A stretch of DNA of 61,796 nucleotides, counting the filler, from Candidatus Eiseniibacteriota bacterium (lineage in GTDB: Bacteria; Orphanbacterota; Orphanbacteria; Orphanbacterales; Orphanbacteraceae): the NCBI GenBank assembly GCA_043809585.1. It is 5 parts of 5 records of this genome, joined end to end, with 100 filler letters (N's around TTAATTAATTAA, not from the genome) between each part and the next. Parts side by side here need not be neighbours in the genome. Positions count along the whole stretch, not along the records: positions 1 to 14,797 come from JBDROZ010000103.1; positions 14,898 to 36,974 come from JBDROZ010000105.1; 3 more parts are not named here. One strand, given 5' to 3'. The position numbers and the translations under genes are program-made. Shown in pieces: positions 10,745-20,474 of this stretch (position 1 is the stretch's first letter; each line of letters opens with the position of its first letter). The notes under the pieces are model-generated. The model saw nothing but the letters and a program-made list of their open reading frames with translations, was not told where the DNA came from and searched no databases.

Positions 10745-11290
10745 CTACGATTTCCGGCGGAACGGCATTCCGAGAAGCTCGAGAAGGTTCATAGCCTCCT
10801 CGTCCGTCGCCGCCGTCGTCACGATCACGATATCCATTCCCTGGACTTTCGCGACCTTGTCGTAATCCACTTCCGGGAAGACGATCTGCTCGTCGAGCCC
10901 GAGAGTGTAGTTTCCGTGGCCGTCAAACGACCGGGTCGGCACACCGCGAAAGTCACGGATCCGGGGAATCGCGACGTTCACGAGCCGGTCGTAGAACTCC
11001 CACATCTTCCTGCCCCGGAGGGTCACCGCGGCGCCCACGGGCATGCCCTCGCGGATCTTGAAGCTCGCGATCGATTTCCGGGCGCGCCGCACATTCGGGC
11101 GCTGCCCGGTCACGGTCGAGAGATCGTCCATCACCGAGTCGAGCATTTTCGCGTCCGTGGGGGCCTCCTTGACGCCCATGTTCACCACGATCTTGTCGAG
11201 CGTCGGGACCTCCATCACGTTCCCGTAATTGAAACGCTTCTGCATCTCCGGGAGAACGCTATCTTGGTAGTACTCCTTGAGACGAATCAC
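10745..11290 (-). CDS. rplE: 50S ribosomal protein L5
   Basis: KIVVNMGV...PRIRDFRG...[10 protein letters not shown]. Confidence 0.99.
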   Translation of the reverse strand: MIRLKEYYQDSVLPEMQKRFNYGNVMEVPTLDKIVVNMGVKEAPTDAKMLDSVMDDLSTVTGQRPNVRRARKSIASFKIREGMPVGAAVTLRGRKMWEFYDRLVNVAIPRIRDFRGVPTRSFDGHGNYTLGLDEQIVFPEVDYDKVAKVQGMDIVIVTTAATDEEAMNLLELLGMPFRRKS

Positions 11291-11312
11291 CTTCTCACTC
11301 CCTACCGGCCGG

Positions 11313-11618
11313 CTACTCGATGACTTCCCCGGTCCGCTTCGCGACCCGGGCCTTCTTGCCGTCCGCCAGAATCTTGAAGCCGATCTTCGTCGGCTCGTTG
11401 TCGTACAGGAGCATCACGTTGGACGCCTCGATCGGGGCCTCCCGCTCGAGAATGCCTCCCTGGCTTCCAGCCTGTCGCGCCTTCGTGTGGCGTTTGACGA
11501 AGTTCACGCCTTCCACCAGCAAGCGGTTCTTCTTCGGGTCCACGTTCAAGACCTTTCCCGTCTTGCCGCGGTCCTCGCCGGAGATTACGACCACAAAATC
11601 GCCCTTGCGGATCTTCAC
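11313..11618 (-). CDS. rplX: 50S ribosomal protein L24
   Basis: [21 protein letters not shown]...EAPIEASNV. Confidence 0.98.
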   Translation of the reverse strand: MKIRKGDFVVVISGEDRGKTGKVLNVDPKKNRLLVEGVNFVKRHTKARQAGSQGGILEREAPIEASNVMLLYDNEPTKIGFKILADGKKARVAKRTGEVIE

Positions 11619-11619
11619 G

Positions 11620-11988
11620 TCAGATCACCTCCGGCGCGAGGGACACGATCCGCATGAACTGCTTCTCCCGGAGCTCGCGCGCCACCGGCCCGAAGATGCG
11701 GGTCCCTCTCGGCTCTTTCTGCTCGTTGATGATCACGGCGGCGTTCTGGTCGAAACGGATGTACGAGCCGTCCCGGCGCCGAATTTCCTTCTTCGTCCGG
11801 ACGATGACCGCCTTGACCACGTCGCCCTTCTTGATCTGGGCGCCCGGCAAGGCATCCTTCACGGCGCAGACCACGATGTCACCCACCCCGGCGTACCGTC
11901 TCCCCGAACCGCCGAGCACCTTGAAGCACATCACGCTCTTCGCGCCGGAATTGTCCGCGACGTTCAGCATGCTCTGCGCCTGAATCAT
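11620..11988 (-). CDS. rplN: 50S ribosomal protein L14
   Basis: VADNSGAK...[13 protein letters not shown]...SLAPEVI. Confidence 0.99.
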   Translation of the reverse strand: MIQAQSMLNVADNSGAKSVMCFKVLGGSGRRYAGVGDIVVCAVKDALPGAQIKKGDVVKAVIVRTKKEIRRRDGSYIRFDQNAAVIINEQKEPRGTRIFGPVARELREKQFMRIVSLAPEVI

Positions 11989-12009
11989 CGGTGAACTCCT
12001 TCCTGACGC

Positions 12010-12276
12010 CTACGCCACTTCGAAGCGCTTGACGATCTCCACGAGCCGCCAGCGCTTAAGCTTCGAAAGAGGGCGGGTCTCCATGACCTTGACCGTGTCG
12101 TTCTCGTTCGCTTCGTTCTTCTCGTCGTGAACGTAGATCTTGGACGTTTTCTTGATAATCTTCCCGTAGATCGGATGGGGCTGACGGCGCTCGATCGCGA
12201 CGACCACCATCTTATCGGCGCCGCACTTCACCACGCGCCCGATCCGGACCTTTCTGCTCGCTCTCGTTTCGCTCAT
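12010..12276 (-). CDS. rpsQ: 30S ribosomal protein S17
   Basis: HPIYGK...[14 protein letters not shown]. Confidence 0.98.
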   Translation of the reverse strand: MSETRASRKVRIGRVVKCGADKMVVVAIERRQPHPIYGKIIKKTSKIYVHDEKNEANENDTVKVMETRPLSKLKRWRLVEIVKRFEVA

Positions 12277-12302
12277 ACTCTCCGGCCTCCCACGCCTCTC
12301 GC

Positions 12303-12542
12303 CTACTTCCCGCCCGTTTCGGTCCGGGCGGTAACTTCACCGAGGGCACGGATTCCGATCCGGTCCTCGTGGATGACCGTCTCGATCTTGGCGATCTCGC
12401 GCCGAACCGAGCGCAGCCTGAGCGGGTTGTCGAGCGCCCGCGTGGCGGCGGCGAATCGGAGATTGAACATCTCCTCCCGCAGTTCCGCGCGGCGCTGCTC
12501 CAGCTCCTCGGGGCTCATTTCACGCAACTTAAACGTCTTCAT
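12303..12542 (-). CDS. rpmC: 50S ribosomal protein L29
   Basis: [10 protein letters not shown]...[11 protein letters not shown]. Confidence 0.96.
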   Translation of the reverse strand: MKTFKLREMSPEELEQRRAELREEMFNLRFAAATRALDNPLRLRSVRREIAKIETVIHEDRIGIRALGEVTARTETGGK

Positions 12543-12544
12543 GA

Positions 12545-12964
12545 TTAGTCCGCCAATCCTTCACGGGCGATGAACTGGCACTTGATGGACAGTTTGGCCG
12601 CCGCGAGACGCATCGCCTCCTTGGCCAGCTCCGGGGCGACTCCCTCGATTTCGAACATCACCCTGCCCGGCTTCACCACCGCCACCCAGCCTTCCGGGGC
12701 GCCCTTCCCCTTGCCCATACGGGTCTCGGCCGGCTTTTGAGTGGTCGGCTTGTCGGGAAACACCCGAATCCACACTTTTCCGCCACGCTTCACGTGCCGC
12801 GTCAGGGCCACACGGGCGGCCTCGATCTGGCGGTTCGTGATCCAACCGGACTCACACGCCTGAAGGCCGAAGTCGCCGAAGCTGACGTCGCTCCCTCGGT
12901 ACGCTTTTCCGCGCCTGCGGCCCCGCTGCTGCTTGCGGTACTTGACTTTCTTCGGCATCAACAT
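12545..12964 (-). CDS. rplP: 50S ribosomal protein L16
   Basis: [15 protein letters not shown]...RMGKGKG. Confidence 0.99.
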   Translation of the reverse strand: MLMPKKVKYRKQQRGRRRGKAYRGSDVSFGDFGLQACESGWITNRQIEAARVALTRHVKRGGKVWIRVFPDKPTTQKPAETRMGKGKGAPEGWVAVVKPGRVMFEIEGVAPELAKEAMRLAAAKLSIKCQFIAREGLAD

Positions 12965-12982
12965 GGCGAAATTCCCTTTTCC

Positions 12983-13663
12983 CTAACGACGGCCGCTCGG
13001 GGCAGGGGCGCCGACCGGCTCCGGACCGGGCCGCCGCTTACCCATCACCTCGCCCTTGAACACCCACACTTTGACGCCGATGCAGCCGAAGGTGGTGTGC
13101 GCGGTCGTCTGCGCGTAATCGATGTCCGCCCGCAGGGTGTGGAGCGGGATCCGCCCCTCTTTGTATCCCTCGCGGCGGGCCATTTCGGAGCCGGCCAACC
13201 GGCCGGAACACTGGACCTTGATCCCCTTGGCGCCCATCCGCATCGCCGAGGAAACCGCCTTCTTCATGGTGCGGCGGAAAGACATCCGGCCGACCAGCTG
13301 GTAGGCGATGTGCTCGGAGATGAGCTGGGCGTTCGTCTCGGCCCGGTCCACTTCCTTGATGTTGATGTAGATCTCTTTCTTGGTCAGGTGCTGCAGCTCG
13401 TCGCGCAGCTGGTCCACTTCCTGGCCCTTCCGGCCGATCACGATACCGGGGCGGGCGGTGTGGATCATGATCGTGACCTTCTTCGGCGCCCGGTCGATCT
13501 CGACCTTGGAGATCCCGGCCCTCTGCAACCGGCCCTTGATGTACTTCCGGATGAACAGGTCTTCCTTCAGGAGATTCGCGTAGTTCCGCGTGGCGAACCA
13601 GCGCGAATCCCAGGTCTTGATGATCCCGAGCCGGAGGCCGACCGGATGCGTTTTCTGACCCAC
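12983..13663 (-). CDS. rpsC: 30S ribosomal protein S3
   Basis: [13 protein letters not shown]...[14 protein letters not shown]. Confidence 0.99.
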   Translation of the reverse strand: MGQKTHPVGLRLGIIKTWDSRWFATRNYANLLKEDLFIRKYIKGRLQRAGISKVEIDRAPKKVTIMIHTARPGIVIGRKGQEVDQLRDELQHLTKKEIYINIKEVDRAETNAQLISEHIAYQLVGRMSFRRTMKKAVSSAMRMGAKGIKVQCSGRLAGSEMARREGYKEGRIPLHTLRADIDYAQTTAHTTFGCIGVKVWVFKGEVMGKRRPGPEPVGAPAPSGRR

Positions 13664-13664
13664 T

Positions 13665-14027
13665 CTACTTTTCTCCCTTCGCGCTCTCGTGAACGTCGAC
13701 CACGATGGTGATGTGGCTCGTGCGCTTGTTGATTCGCGTGGCCCGCCCCATGGCGCGGGGCATGAAGCGCCGCATGGTCGGTCCCTCGTTCACGTAGGCT
13801 TCCTTCACGTAGAAGTCTTCGGCCTGGACGTTCAACGTGCCTTCGCCGGCGAGCGCGTTCGCGACGGCGGAGTTCAAGACCTTGGTCACGATTCTCGCGC
13901 TGCGGGTTTCGGTCGCCTGGAGCGTCCGGAGCGACTCCTCGACATCACACCCGCGGATCAGGTCGACGACCAGCCTCGCCTTGCGGGCCGGTATCCTCGT
14001 GTATCGAGCACTCGCTCTGGCTTCCAT
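13665..14027 (-). CDS. rplV: 50S ribosomal protein L22
   Basis: [12 protein letters not shown]...[18 protein letters not shown]. Confidence 0.98.
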   Translation of the reverse strand: MEARASARYTRIPARKARLVVDLIRGCDVEESLRTLQATETRSARIVTKVLNSAVANALAGEGTLNVQAEDFYVKEAYVNEGPTMRRFMPRAMGRATRINKRTSHITIVVDVHESAKGEK

Positions 14028-14063
14028 GTCCCTCAACCCTCTTCTCTATCGTGAGAGGCGCGC

Positions 14064-14345
14064 CTACTTCTTGCGCACCTTCTCCTTCTTGCCGCTGTGG
14101 CCACGGAAGGTGCGCGTCGGCGCGAACTCCCCGAGCTTGTGGCCCACCATGTTCTCGGTGATGTACACGGGGATGAACTTGTTCCCGTTGTGTACCGCCA
14201 ACGTGTGCCCCACGAACTCCGGAGAGATCGTGGACCGGCGGGACCAGGTCTTCACGACCTGCCGGTCGTTCCCCCGGTTCATCTTGTCGATCCTTTTCAT
14301 CAGGCTGTCGTCGATGAAGGGACCCTTTTTCAACGATCGAGGCAT
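14064..14345 (-). CDS. rpsS: 30S ribosomal protein S19
   Basis: [10 protein letters not shown]...[13 protein letters not shown]; start at ATG 14345. Confidence 0.98.
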   Translation of the reverse strand: MPRSLKKGPFIDDSLMKRIDKMNRGNDRQVVKTWSRRSTISPEFVGHTLAVHNGNKFIPVYITENMVGHKLGEFAPTRTFRGHSGKKEKVRKK

Positions 14346-14365
14346 GCCTTCCTCCGGGCGGCTTT

Positions 14366-14797
14366 CTACTTCTTGCGCCGCCGAATGATCAGCTCGTCCG
14401 ACTTCTTCCTCTTCTTCCGGGTCTTGTAGCCCTTCGTCGGAACGCCCCAAGGGGTGACCGGATGGCGGCCGCCCGAGGTGCGCCCCTCGCCACCGCCGTG
14501 GGGATGGTCGATCGGGTTCATGGCGACGCCGCGAACCTTCGGCCGCCGGCCGAGCCAGCGCGAGCGGCCGGCCTTCCCCGTCACCTGATTCTCGTGATCC
14601 AGGTTGCCCACCTGACCCAGCGTGGCCTTGCACTCGAGATGGATCTTGCGAAGCTCGCCCGACGGAAGGCGGAGAACGGCGTAGCCACCCTCCTTCGCGA
14701 GGAGTTGGGCGAAGGAGCCCGCGCTCCGGGCGATTTGGCCCCCCTTGCCGGGACGCATCTCGATGTTGTGGATCTGGCTCCCGAGGGGAATCCGCCG
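14366..14797 (-). CDS. rplB: 50S ribosomal protein L2 (5' truncated by contig end)
   Basis: [18 protein letters not shown]. Confidence 0.98.
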   Translation of the reverse strand, partial: RRIPLGSQIHNIEMRPGKGGQIARSAGSFAQLLAKEGGYAVLRLPSGELRKIHLECKATLGQVGNLDHENQVTGKAGRSRWLGRRPKVRGVAMNPIDHPHGGGEGRTSGGRHPVTPWGVPTKGYKTRKKRKKSDELIIRRRKK

Positions 14798-14897
14798 NNN
14801 NNNNNNNNNNNNNNNNNNNNNNNNNNNNNNNNNNNNNNNNNTTAATTAATTAANNNNNNNNNNNNNNNNNNNNNNNNNNNNNNNNNNNNNNNNNNNN
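14798..14897. other. Artificial contig linker
   Basis: 100 nt of N flanking TTAATTAATTAA (stops in all six frames). Confidence 0.98.
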
Positions 14898-15055
14898 TGG
14901 CGGAAGTCCGACCGCGCCGGGGTACCCGCCGGAGCGAAGCGTCGGCGGGTCGGCGCCGGGAGTACCCGGAGCGCGGCAGCGCGAAGGGTGAAAGTCAGCT
15001 TCTCGTCAGGCGATCCGAGCCCTCGTGACGGAGATTCACGCATAATTCAGGCTAG
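14898..15055. mobile_element. MITE family 1, right part
   Basis: Ends GGAGATTCACGCATAATTCAGGCTAG; shares AAGTCAGCTTCTCGTCAGGCGATCCGAGCCCTCGTGACGGA with the 45603 copy and, with one mismatch, the 58870 copy. Confidence 0.8.
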
Positions 15056-15105
15056 AACTCATTTCAAAACCCCTTCCTCGGCGAGATCGCGCGCGAAGGG
15101 CCGCC
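15053..15105. mobile_element. MITE family 2, truncated left end
   Basis: TAGAACTCATTTCAAAAC...GCGAGATCGCGCGCGAAGG resembles the 41968 and 38047 ends. Confidence 0.55.
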
Positions 15106-15107
15106 TT

Positions 15108-15524
15108 CTACTTCTTCTCCCCGCCGGCCACCTTGCCGGGCATCTTGCATGTCCCTTCGAAGACGGCCTTCTCCTGGATGGTGAACGAGGGGGCCCGGAC
15201 GCTGCCGACGAACGTGGAGCCCGCCATCAGCTCGACCTTGACCGACGCGTTGATGTCCCCTTCGAGCCACCCGTGGACCACCACGTCTCGGGCGACCGTC
15301 TTCGACTTCACCTTGCCGTCCCGCCCGACGAGAAGCGTCCCCTTCACGTCGAGCTCGCCGTCGAACTCGCCGTCGATCTGCACGCTGCCCGACGCCTCGA
15401 GCTTGCCCGTGTACTTGGCGCCCGGCCCCAGGACGGTGTTAACGCCCGAGTTCCGCCCGCTCTTCTCCGGCGGCGCGGGGGCCGGGGCCTCGGGCCCTCT
15501 CTCCTTCTGGTCTTTTCCGAACAT
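15108..15524 (-). CDS. Bactofilin (polymer-forming cytoskeletal protein)
   Basis: MFGK N-terminus; TVLGPGAKYTGKL...VQIDGEFDG...FEGTCKM beta-helix pattern. Confidence 0.93.
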   Translation of the reverse strand: MFGKDQKERGPEAPAPAPPEKSGRNSGVNTVLGPGAKYTGKLEASGSVQIDGEFDGELDVKGTLLVGRDGKVKSKTVARDVVVHGWLEGDINASVKVELMAGSTFVGSVRAPSFTIQEKAVFEGTCKMPGKVAGGEKK

Positions 15525-15581
15525 TCTCGCTCCTTCGTCGCTCTTGTTCATCCGTATCCGGCTCCGCGGGCCCGGAAGGCC

Positions 15582-16418
15582 CTACGAGTTCTCCCTCGGC
15601 TCGAGGAGGTACGTCGGATCGATGGCGTACCCGTTCATCCGAAACTCGAAATGGAGATGCGGGGCGCTCGACACGCCGGTGCTTCCGAGAAAGGAGACCG
15701 CGTCCCCCGACTTCACGCGGTCCCCCTTCCGCACGACGAGCCGCGCGTTGTGCCCGTAGAGGGAAACGAGGCCATGGCCGTGATCGACGACGGCCATGTG
15801 CCCGTAAACGGGATGCCAACCCGCGTCGGTGACCGTCCCGGCGAGAGGCGCCTCGATCACCGTGTTCCGGGGCGCCGCGATGTCGATCCCCCCGTGCACG
15901 CCGCCGGTCGCCCGTTTCTCCCCGAATCGGGAAGAGACGAAACCGTCCACCGGCCACGGGAGAGTGTGGCGTCTGGCGCGGAGCTCCGCCTCGAGGACCG
16001 CCCGCATCGAATCGTCGGGCATCACCGGGTCCGTCAAGACCACGGCCTCGGCGTCGGCGTGGCCGGGCGCCCCCCATTCCCCGTCGGTCGGCCCGCCCGA
16101 CGTTCCGGGATCGGGTTCCGGCAGGCCGACGAGACGGCGCACCTGGGCGTCGAGGTCACGGAGACGGTCGATCTCCCCCTGGAGATCCCCCACCCGGCCC
16201 GCCTCATCCTCCAGGACCGCGCAGCGCTCCCGCAAATCCTCCCAATCCCGGACCTTCCAGGCAAGACCGCCGTAGGTGGCGGCGAGGAACGCCACGCCCG
16301 ATCCAATGGCGAAGAGCGCGGCGCCGACAGCCACGACAGCCCGCAGCGAGACGTTCAGATGGTAGCTCTTGCTGCCGTCGGAGGGGGCGATGATGATGGA
16401 GTAGTGCCTGCCGGGCAT
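15582..16418 (-). CDS. M23 family metallopeptidase (TM + coiled coil)
   Basis: HGGIDIAA, SLYGHN, STGVSSAPHLHFE motifs; N-terminal TM segment. Confidence 0.93.
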   Translation of the reverse strand: MPGRHYSIIIAPSDGSKSYHLNVSLRAVVAVGAALFAIGSGVAFLAATYGGLAWKVRDWEDLRERCAVLEDEAGRVGDLQGEIDRLRDLDAQVRRLVGLPEPDPGTSGGPTDGEWGAPGHADAEAVVLTDPVMPDDSMRAVLEAELRARRHTLPWPVDGFVSSRFGEKRATGGVHGGIDIAAPRNTVIEAPLAGTVTDAGWHPVYGHMAVVDHGHGLVSLYGHNARLVVRKGDRVKSGDAVSFLGSTGVSSAPHLHFEFRMNGYAIDPTYLLEPRENS

Positions 16419-16868
16419 AGCGCTTCGGGATTCCTCGTTCCGATGGGGTCCCACGGGGAGTCCGTATCAAATCCGGACCGGCCGGAGTCGTTCACACGCC
16501 GGGTTTGGTATCCTATGACGGGCATCGAAGGGAAGTCAACGGGAATGGGCGTCGGGCGGCTCGGTTCCGATGGGAGAAGAGACTTGGTGAGAGAGTGAAA
16601 ACGGGGGCAGGTCCTTGGTCCATGAACTGGGTGCTACCGTTTGCGATTGAGTTCCCCAAACTTCCAATTCGGACTGACCTGACCCCCGTTTCCTGGTTTT
16701 GTGGATCGAAGTGTTCCTGGCCGACCCCCTTTCCCGTCGTCTGGGTTTTCTTTCCACCGTCGGGAGTGGGCGCCGGGAGCTCCCACATATCGTGTCCCAG
16801 CGCTCTCCCCCTTGTCCGTTGGAGGGCGGAAGCGATCAAACTGCCGACCGCGTCCGCTCATCACCCAT

Positions 16869-16885
16869 TACAAGTCTCATGCCAA
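16869..16885 (-). promoter_or_regulatory. Putative sigma54 (-24/-12) promoter
   Basis: Minus strand TTGGCATGAGACTTGTA fits TGGCAC-N5-TTGC spacing; a TGT-N12-ACA site lies upstream at 16991-17008. Confidence 0.55.
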
Positions 16886-17530
16886 GCCCCCGATCGACAC
16901 CTCGCGCACCGGAAGCAGTACAATTCCTTGTCCAACAATCAGTTAAAAAACGACTTCCTTTGTGAGCCTGGGCACTGCCGTTCCCCGAAATGTACAAAAA
17001 AGAGGACACCTGGCTCCGGGGCGAACATTTTCCCCTTCCGGAACCGGCGCCGGCCAGGGAGAGTGCAAGGGGGGACGAGGCGGCGGCACCCACCGAGGAG
17101 CGAAGAAAAAATCTCGGGACGGCGACGGCCGGGAAAGCCCCGTCCCCGTTGGTCCGGAACGACACCGGGACGCCGGCCGGCCGGGAGAAGCGAGGCGCCC
17201 GACTTGCCGACCGGAGGGATTGGGAATTATCTTGTGGGTAGATGGGTCGAAAGCAGGGGACCGACTCCGTCGTCTCCTGGGCGGAAACACCGCCGAAACA
17301 ACTTTTGAACAGCGAAGGGGTTTTTTCTGGTAGACACCGCACAAAAAATGTTAATAGATCGAATTGGGTCGGAAGAGTCCTTCACTATCCCAATTCTACG
17401 GGAAATTCGGCAATGTAGTGGGAAGGGGCTTTACGCTCCTTCCTCCTTCTCCAATCTCCAAACGCTCTTCCGGCCCTTCTTTTTCCCCTCGACCCTCGGT
17501 GAATCCTACTGCGGCCCCGAATCGCGGGCT

Positions 17531-17975
17531 GGAAATCCGGGGACATGAACTCGTTTCGTGTCCCCGGATTTCACTCGCGCTTCGATGCCTCGTCACGAAT
17601 TCACCTCGGGTCGAGGGGAAATGAGAGCGAAATGGAAGGGAAACCTGCCGTGGAAATTCGGGGACATGAACTCGTTTCGTGTCCCCGGATTTCACTCGCG
17701 CTTCGATGCCTCGTCACGGATTCACCTCGGATCGAGGGGAAATGAAAACGAAATGGAAGGGAAACCTGCCGTGGAAATGCGGGGACATGAACTCGTTTCG
17801 TGTCCCCGGATTTCACGTGGGGACAGTCACCTATTTCCCGAAACAACTCTCGCCTCGCGCTTCGATGCCTCGTCACGGATTCACCTCGGGTCGAGGGGAA
17901 ATGAGAGCGAAATGGAAGGGAAACCTGCCGTGGAAATGCGGGGGAGATGAACTCGTTTCGTGTCCCCGGATTTCA
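17531..17975. repeat. Tandem array of four REP-like palindromes, 121-bp unit
   Basis: GAAATCCGGGGACATGAACTCGTTTCGTGTCCCCGGATTTC at 17531, 17652, 17773 and 17932, with near-identical linkers. Confidence 0.92.
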
Positions 17976-18026
17976 CGAGGGGAAATGGGAAAACGGAGGA
18001 CAGGCCTCCGGCTCGGCCACGTTCAT

Positions 18027-18371
18027 CGGCGGGGCGGGGGGGCCGGCTCCGGGAGGGATAGAGGGGCAGACTTGAACGCTCGTCGCACGGCGGGAGGAAG
18101 TCCTCCCATTCTCCGGCCTCGTAGAGGGGACACCCGAGGAAACTGGTACGTGAGGGTGAGTGGAGGAGATTTAGGCATCATCCTCCGCGCTTCCGCGCTC
18201 CGGATGCTTCCTCGCCCACCCACCTCCGCCTGCGGCTCCGGTGGGTACCCGGGCTCGGTCGCCTCCCGAAGCCGGACCACCGCCCCGCCCCCCTCCGGGC
18301 GGGTATCGCCCCGCGAGCACAACTGCCCCAGCGTGCAGAAGAGGAGTCGGAGGAAAACAGTCACTTTGGAA
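18027..18371. repeat. Dispersed element A (inverted, with internal hairpin insert) followed by motif B
   Basis: 18027-18130 is close to the reverse complement of 33845-33946; 18292-18371 matches motif B. Confidence 0.8.
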
Positions 18372-18378
18372 CAAGCAC

Positions 18379-18867
18379 TTATCTGCCGTTCGGGATGATG
18401 AGGACGACGGCGTTGGCGGCGATGCCTTCCCGGCGGCCGATGGCGCCCATCTCTTCGTTGGTCTTCCCTTTCACCGAGACGGCGGCTTCGTCCATGCCGA
18501 GCCCCCCCGCAATGCTTCGCCGGATTTCGAGGGCGTGGGGGCCGATCTGAGGCTCTTCGGTGATCACCACGGCGTCGATGTTGCCCATCCGGTAGCCGAG
18601 TTCCCGGACCTCCTCGAGGGCCCGCCCGAGGAGGCCCATGCTCGAAGCGTTCCGGTACTTCTCCTCCGTGTCCGGGAAGAGGCGGCCGATGTCGCCGGCC
18701 GAAGCCGCGCCGAGCATGGCGTCGATGATCGCGTGGGTGAGCACGTCCGCGTCCGAGTGGCCCGCGAGACCCCTGTCGAAGGGGATCGTCACGCCGCCGA
18801 GAACGAGGGGACGGCCCGCTTCGAAACGATGGGAATCGAAACCGAAACCGACCCGGGGTGCCTTCAT
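18379..18867 (-). CDS. ispF: 2-C-methyl-D-erythritol 2,4-cyclodiphosphate synthase
   Basis: RVGFGFDSH...GHSDADVLTHAIIDA. Confidence 0.97.
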   Translation of the reverse strand: MKAPRVGFGFDSHRFEAGRPLVLGGVTIPFDRGLAGHSDADVLTHAIIDAMLGAASAGDIGRLFPDTEEKYRNASSMGLLGRALEEVRELGYRMGNIDAVVITEEPQIGPHALEIRRSIAGGLGMDEAAVSVKGKTNEEMGAIGRREGIAANAVVLIIPNGR

Positions 18868-19565
18868 CGCTTTCTTTCCTCCGCGATCCACTCCGCCAGG
18901 CGGAGATCGTCTTCCACGGTGATTTTCACGTTCCAGCGGTCCGCCTCGATCCAACCGATGGGGGCGCCGATGCGCTCCACCAAGGCCGCTTCGTCGGTCG
19001 TCTTCACTCCGTCTTCCATCGCTCTCCGGTACGCCTCCCGGAGAAGGGAGGTCCGGAACGCCTGGGGCGTCTGGGCGAGCCGGATCCGCTCCCGGTCCAG
19101 GGTGGCGGTCACGAGCCCGCCGTCGACGCGCTTCACGGTCTCCACCGGTGCCGTGACGGCGAGGGCGGCGCCGGTCTCCCGCGCCGCGGCGACGGTCTCC
19201 TCGATCTCCCGGACCGTGACGAAGGGGCGGGCGCCGTCATGGACCACCACGATTTCCGTCTCTTCGGGCACCGCCTCCAGGCCGAGTCGCACCGAGTCGA
19301 ACCGCTCTTCCCCCCCCCGCACGACGCGTATCCACGCCGCGAGAGGGGGCGCGAGGGACCGGGCCCGGCCCAGTTCGCCCGCCCCGACGGCCACCACGAT
19401 CCCCTCCACGGAAGGGGCGGAGGCCAGAGCCTCGAGGGTGCGCGCGAGAATCGGCCGCCCGCCAACCTCGCGGTACGGCTTCGGCACCGGCCCGCCGAGA
19501 CGAACCCCGGCGCCCGCGGCGGGAACCACGGCGACCACCTTCGGAATGACCGATTCGCGGATCAA
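18864..19565 (-). CDS. ispD: 2-C-methyl-D-erythritol 4-phosphate cytidylyltransferase
   Basis: VVPAAGAGVRLG, VVHDGARPF, AQTPQAF, NVKIT; TTG start overlaps the mlaD stop. Confidence 0.95.
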   Translation of the reverse strand: MIRESVIPKVVAVVPAAGAGVRLGGPVPKPYREVGGRPILARTLEALASAPSVEGIVVAVGAGELGRARSLAPPLAAWIRVVRGGEERFDSVRLGLEAVPEETEIVVVHDGARPFVTVREIEETVAAARETGAALAVTAPVETVKRVDGGLVTATLDRERIRLAQTPQAFRTSLLREAYRRAMEDGVKTTDEAALVERIGAPIGWIEADRWNVKITVEDDLRLAEWIAEERKR

Positions 19566-20458
19566 AAGATCTCGACGCTCAGGTAGCGCTTGGGATTCTT
19601 GCGAACGTCCCGGAGCAGGTCGTTCAGGTTCTGGGTCGCCTCGAGCATTTCCTTGTACAGCCGGTCGTCCCGGGAGAGCCGGCCGAGGGTTCCCTGGCCG
19701 TGCTCGAGGCGCTTGAGCACGAGTTCGAGGGACTCGATGGAACCGTCGAGGCGGTCCATGGTCGAGGTGAGGCGTTCCGCCGAGTAGGCGGTGAAAGCGA
19801 AGGTCGAGTCGATCTTCCCCCGGTTGGCGCGGAGCATGTCGTCCATCTCCTCGCCCGCGGAGCGGAAACTCTTCATCGAAGCCCGCACGTCGGTACGGTT
19901 CTCCCGGATCATCTTCTGCATATCGACGGAGACGTCCCGGAGCATGGCGATCATCTCCTCGAGGGGCTCGATCACCTCGTGATCCTGCAGGACGCTCTCC
20001 ACCCGGGCGACGATGCCGCCCACGTCCTCGAGCACGATGCTGAGCTGGGCCATCGCCTCCGTGATGCCGGGCGAATAGCCGCCGAGCACGACATCCCCCG
20101 TATCGAGCGTGTCCCCCCCGATCCCCGGATCGACGGCGATGAACTTCTCCCCCATGATCCCCATGTTCTCGACGCTGAACCGGGCATCGGGATGGAGGAC
20201 CACTTCGGGCCGGAGCCTGACCGTAGCGATCACTTCCTGAAGACCGAGCTCGAGACTCTCGACGGCGCCCCGCCGGAGTCCGGAGACCATGACCGGGTCG
20301 CCCACGTTCAGCCCCCCCACTTCGGGGAAGGCGACCCGCACGTACCGCCCGGATCGGCCGATCTCTATCTGGCCGAGGTAGATCACGCCGCCGACGAGCA
20401 CGATCGTCGCCGCGAACACCACCAGACCAACTTTCCACTCGAGGCCCTTCGCGGCCAT
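19562..20458 (-). CDS. mlaD: MCE/MlaD family protein
   Basis: N-terminal TM, GGLNVGDPVMVSG MCE domain, helical C-terminus ending DVRKNPKRY. Confidence 0.9.
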   Translation of the reverse strand: MAAKGLEWKVGLVVFAATIVLVGGVIYLGQIEIGRSGRYVRVAFPEVGGLNVGDPVMVSGLRRGAVESLELGLQEVIATVRLRPEVVLHPDARFSVENMGIMGEKFIAVDPGIGGDTLDTGDVVLGGYSPGITEAMAQLSIVLEDVGGIVARVESVLQDHEVIEPLEEMIAMLRDVSVDMQKMIRENRTDVRASMKSFRSAGEEMDDMLRANRGKIDSTFAFTAYSAERLTSTMDRLDGSIESLELVLKRLEHGQGTLGRLSRDDRLYKEMLEATQNLNDLLRDVRKNPKRYLSVEIF

Positions 20459-20474
20459 GCTCCGACTCCCCCGC

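Noticed and set aside
14064-14633. N-terminally extended ORFs (S19, L17, S5, IspD, MlaF, UDG, PTPS)
   Set aside because: Artefacts of choosing the farthest start codon; RBS-supported starts give normal lengths.
14798-14897. Four identical TTAATTAATTAA motifs within N runs
   Set aside because: Artificial concatenation linkers; ORFs and gene linkage across them are not meaningful.
16450-17500. Replication origin
   Set aside because: Only isolated two-mismatch DnaA-box-like sequences; no box cluster, DUE or dnaA nearby.
17531-17975. CRISPR array
   Set aside because: The spacers are nearly identical and ~80 nt long, and no cas genes are present.
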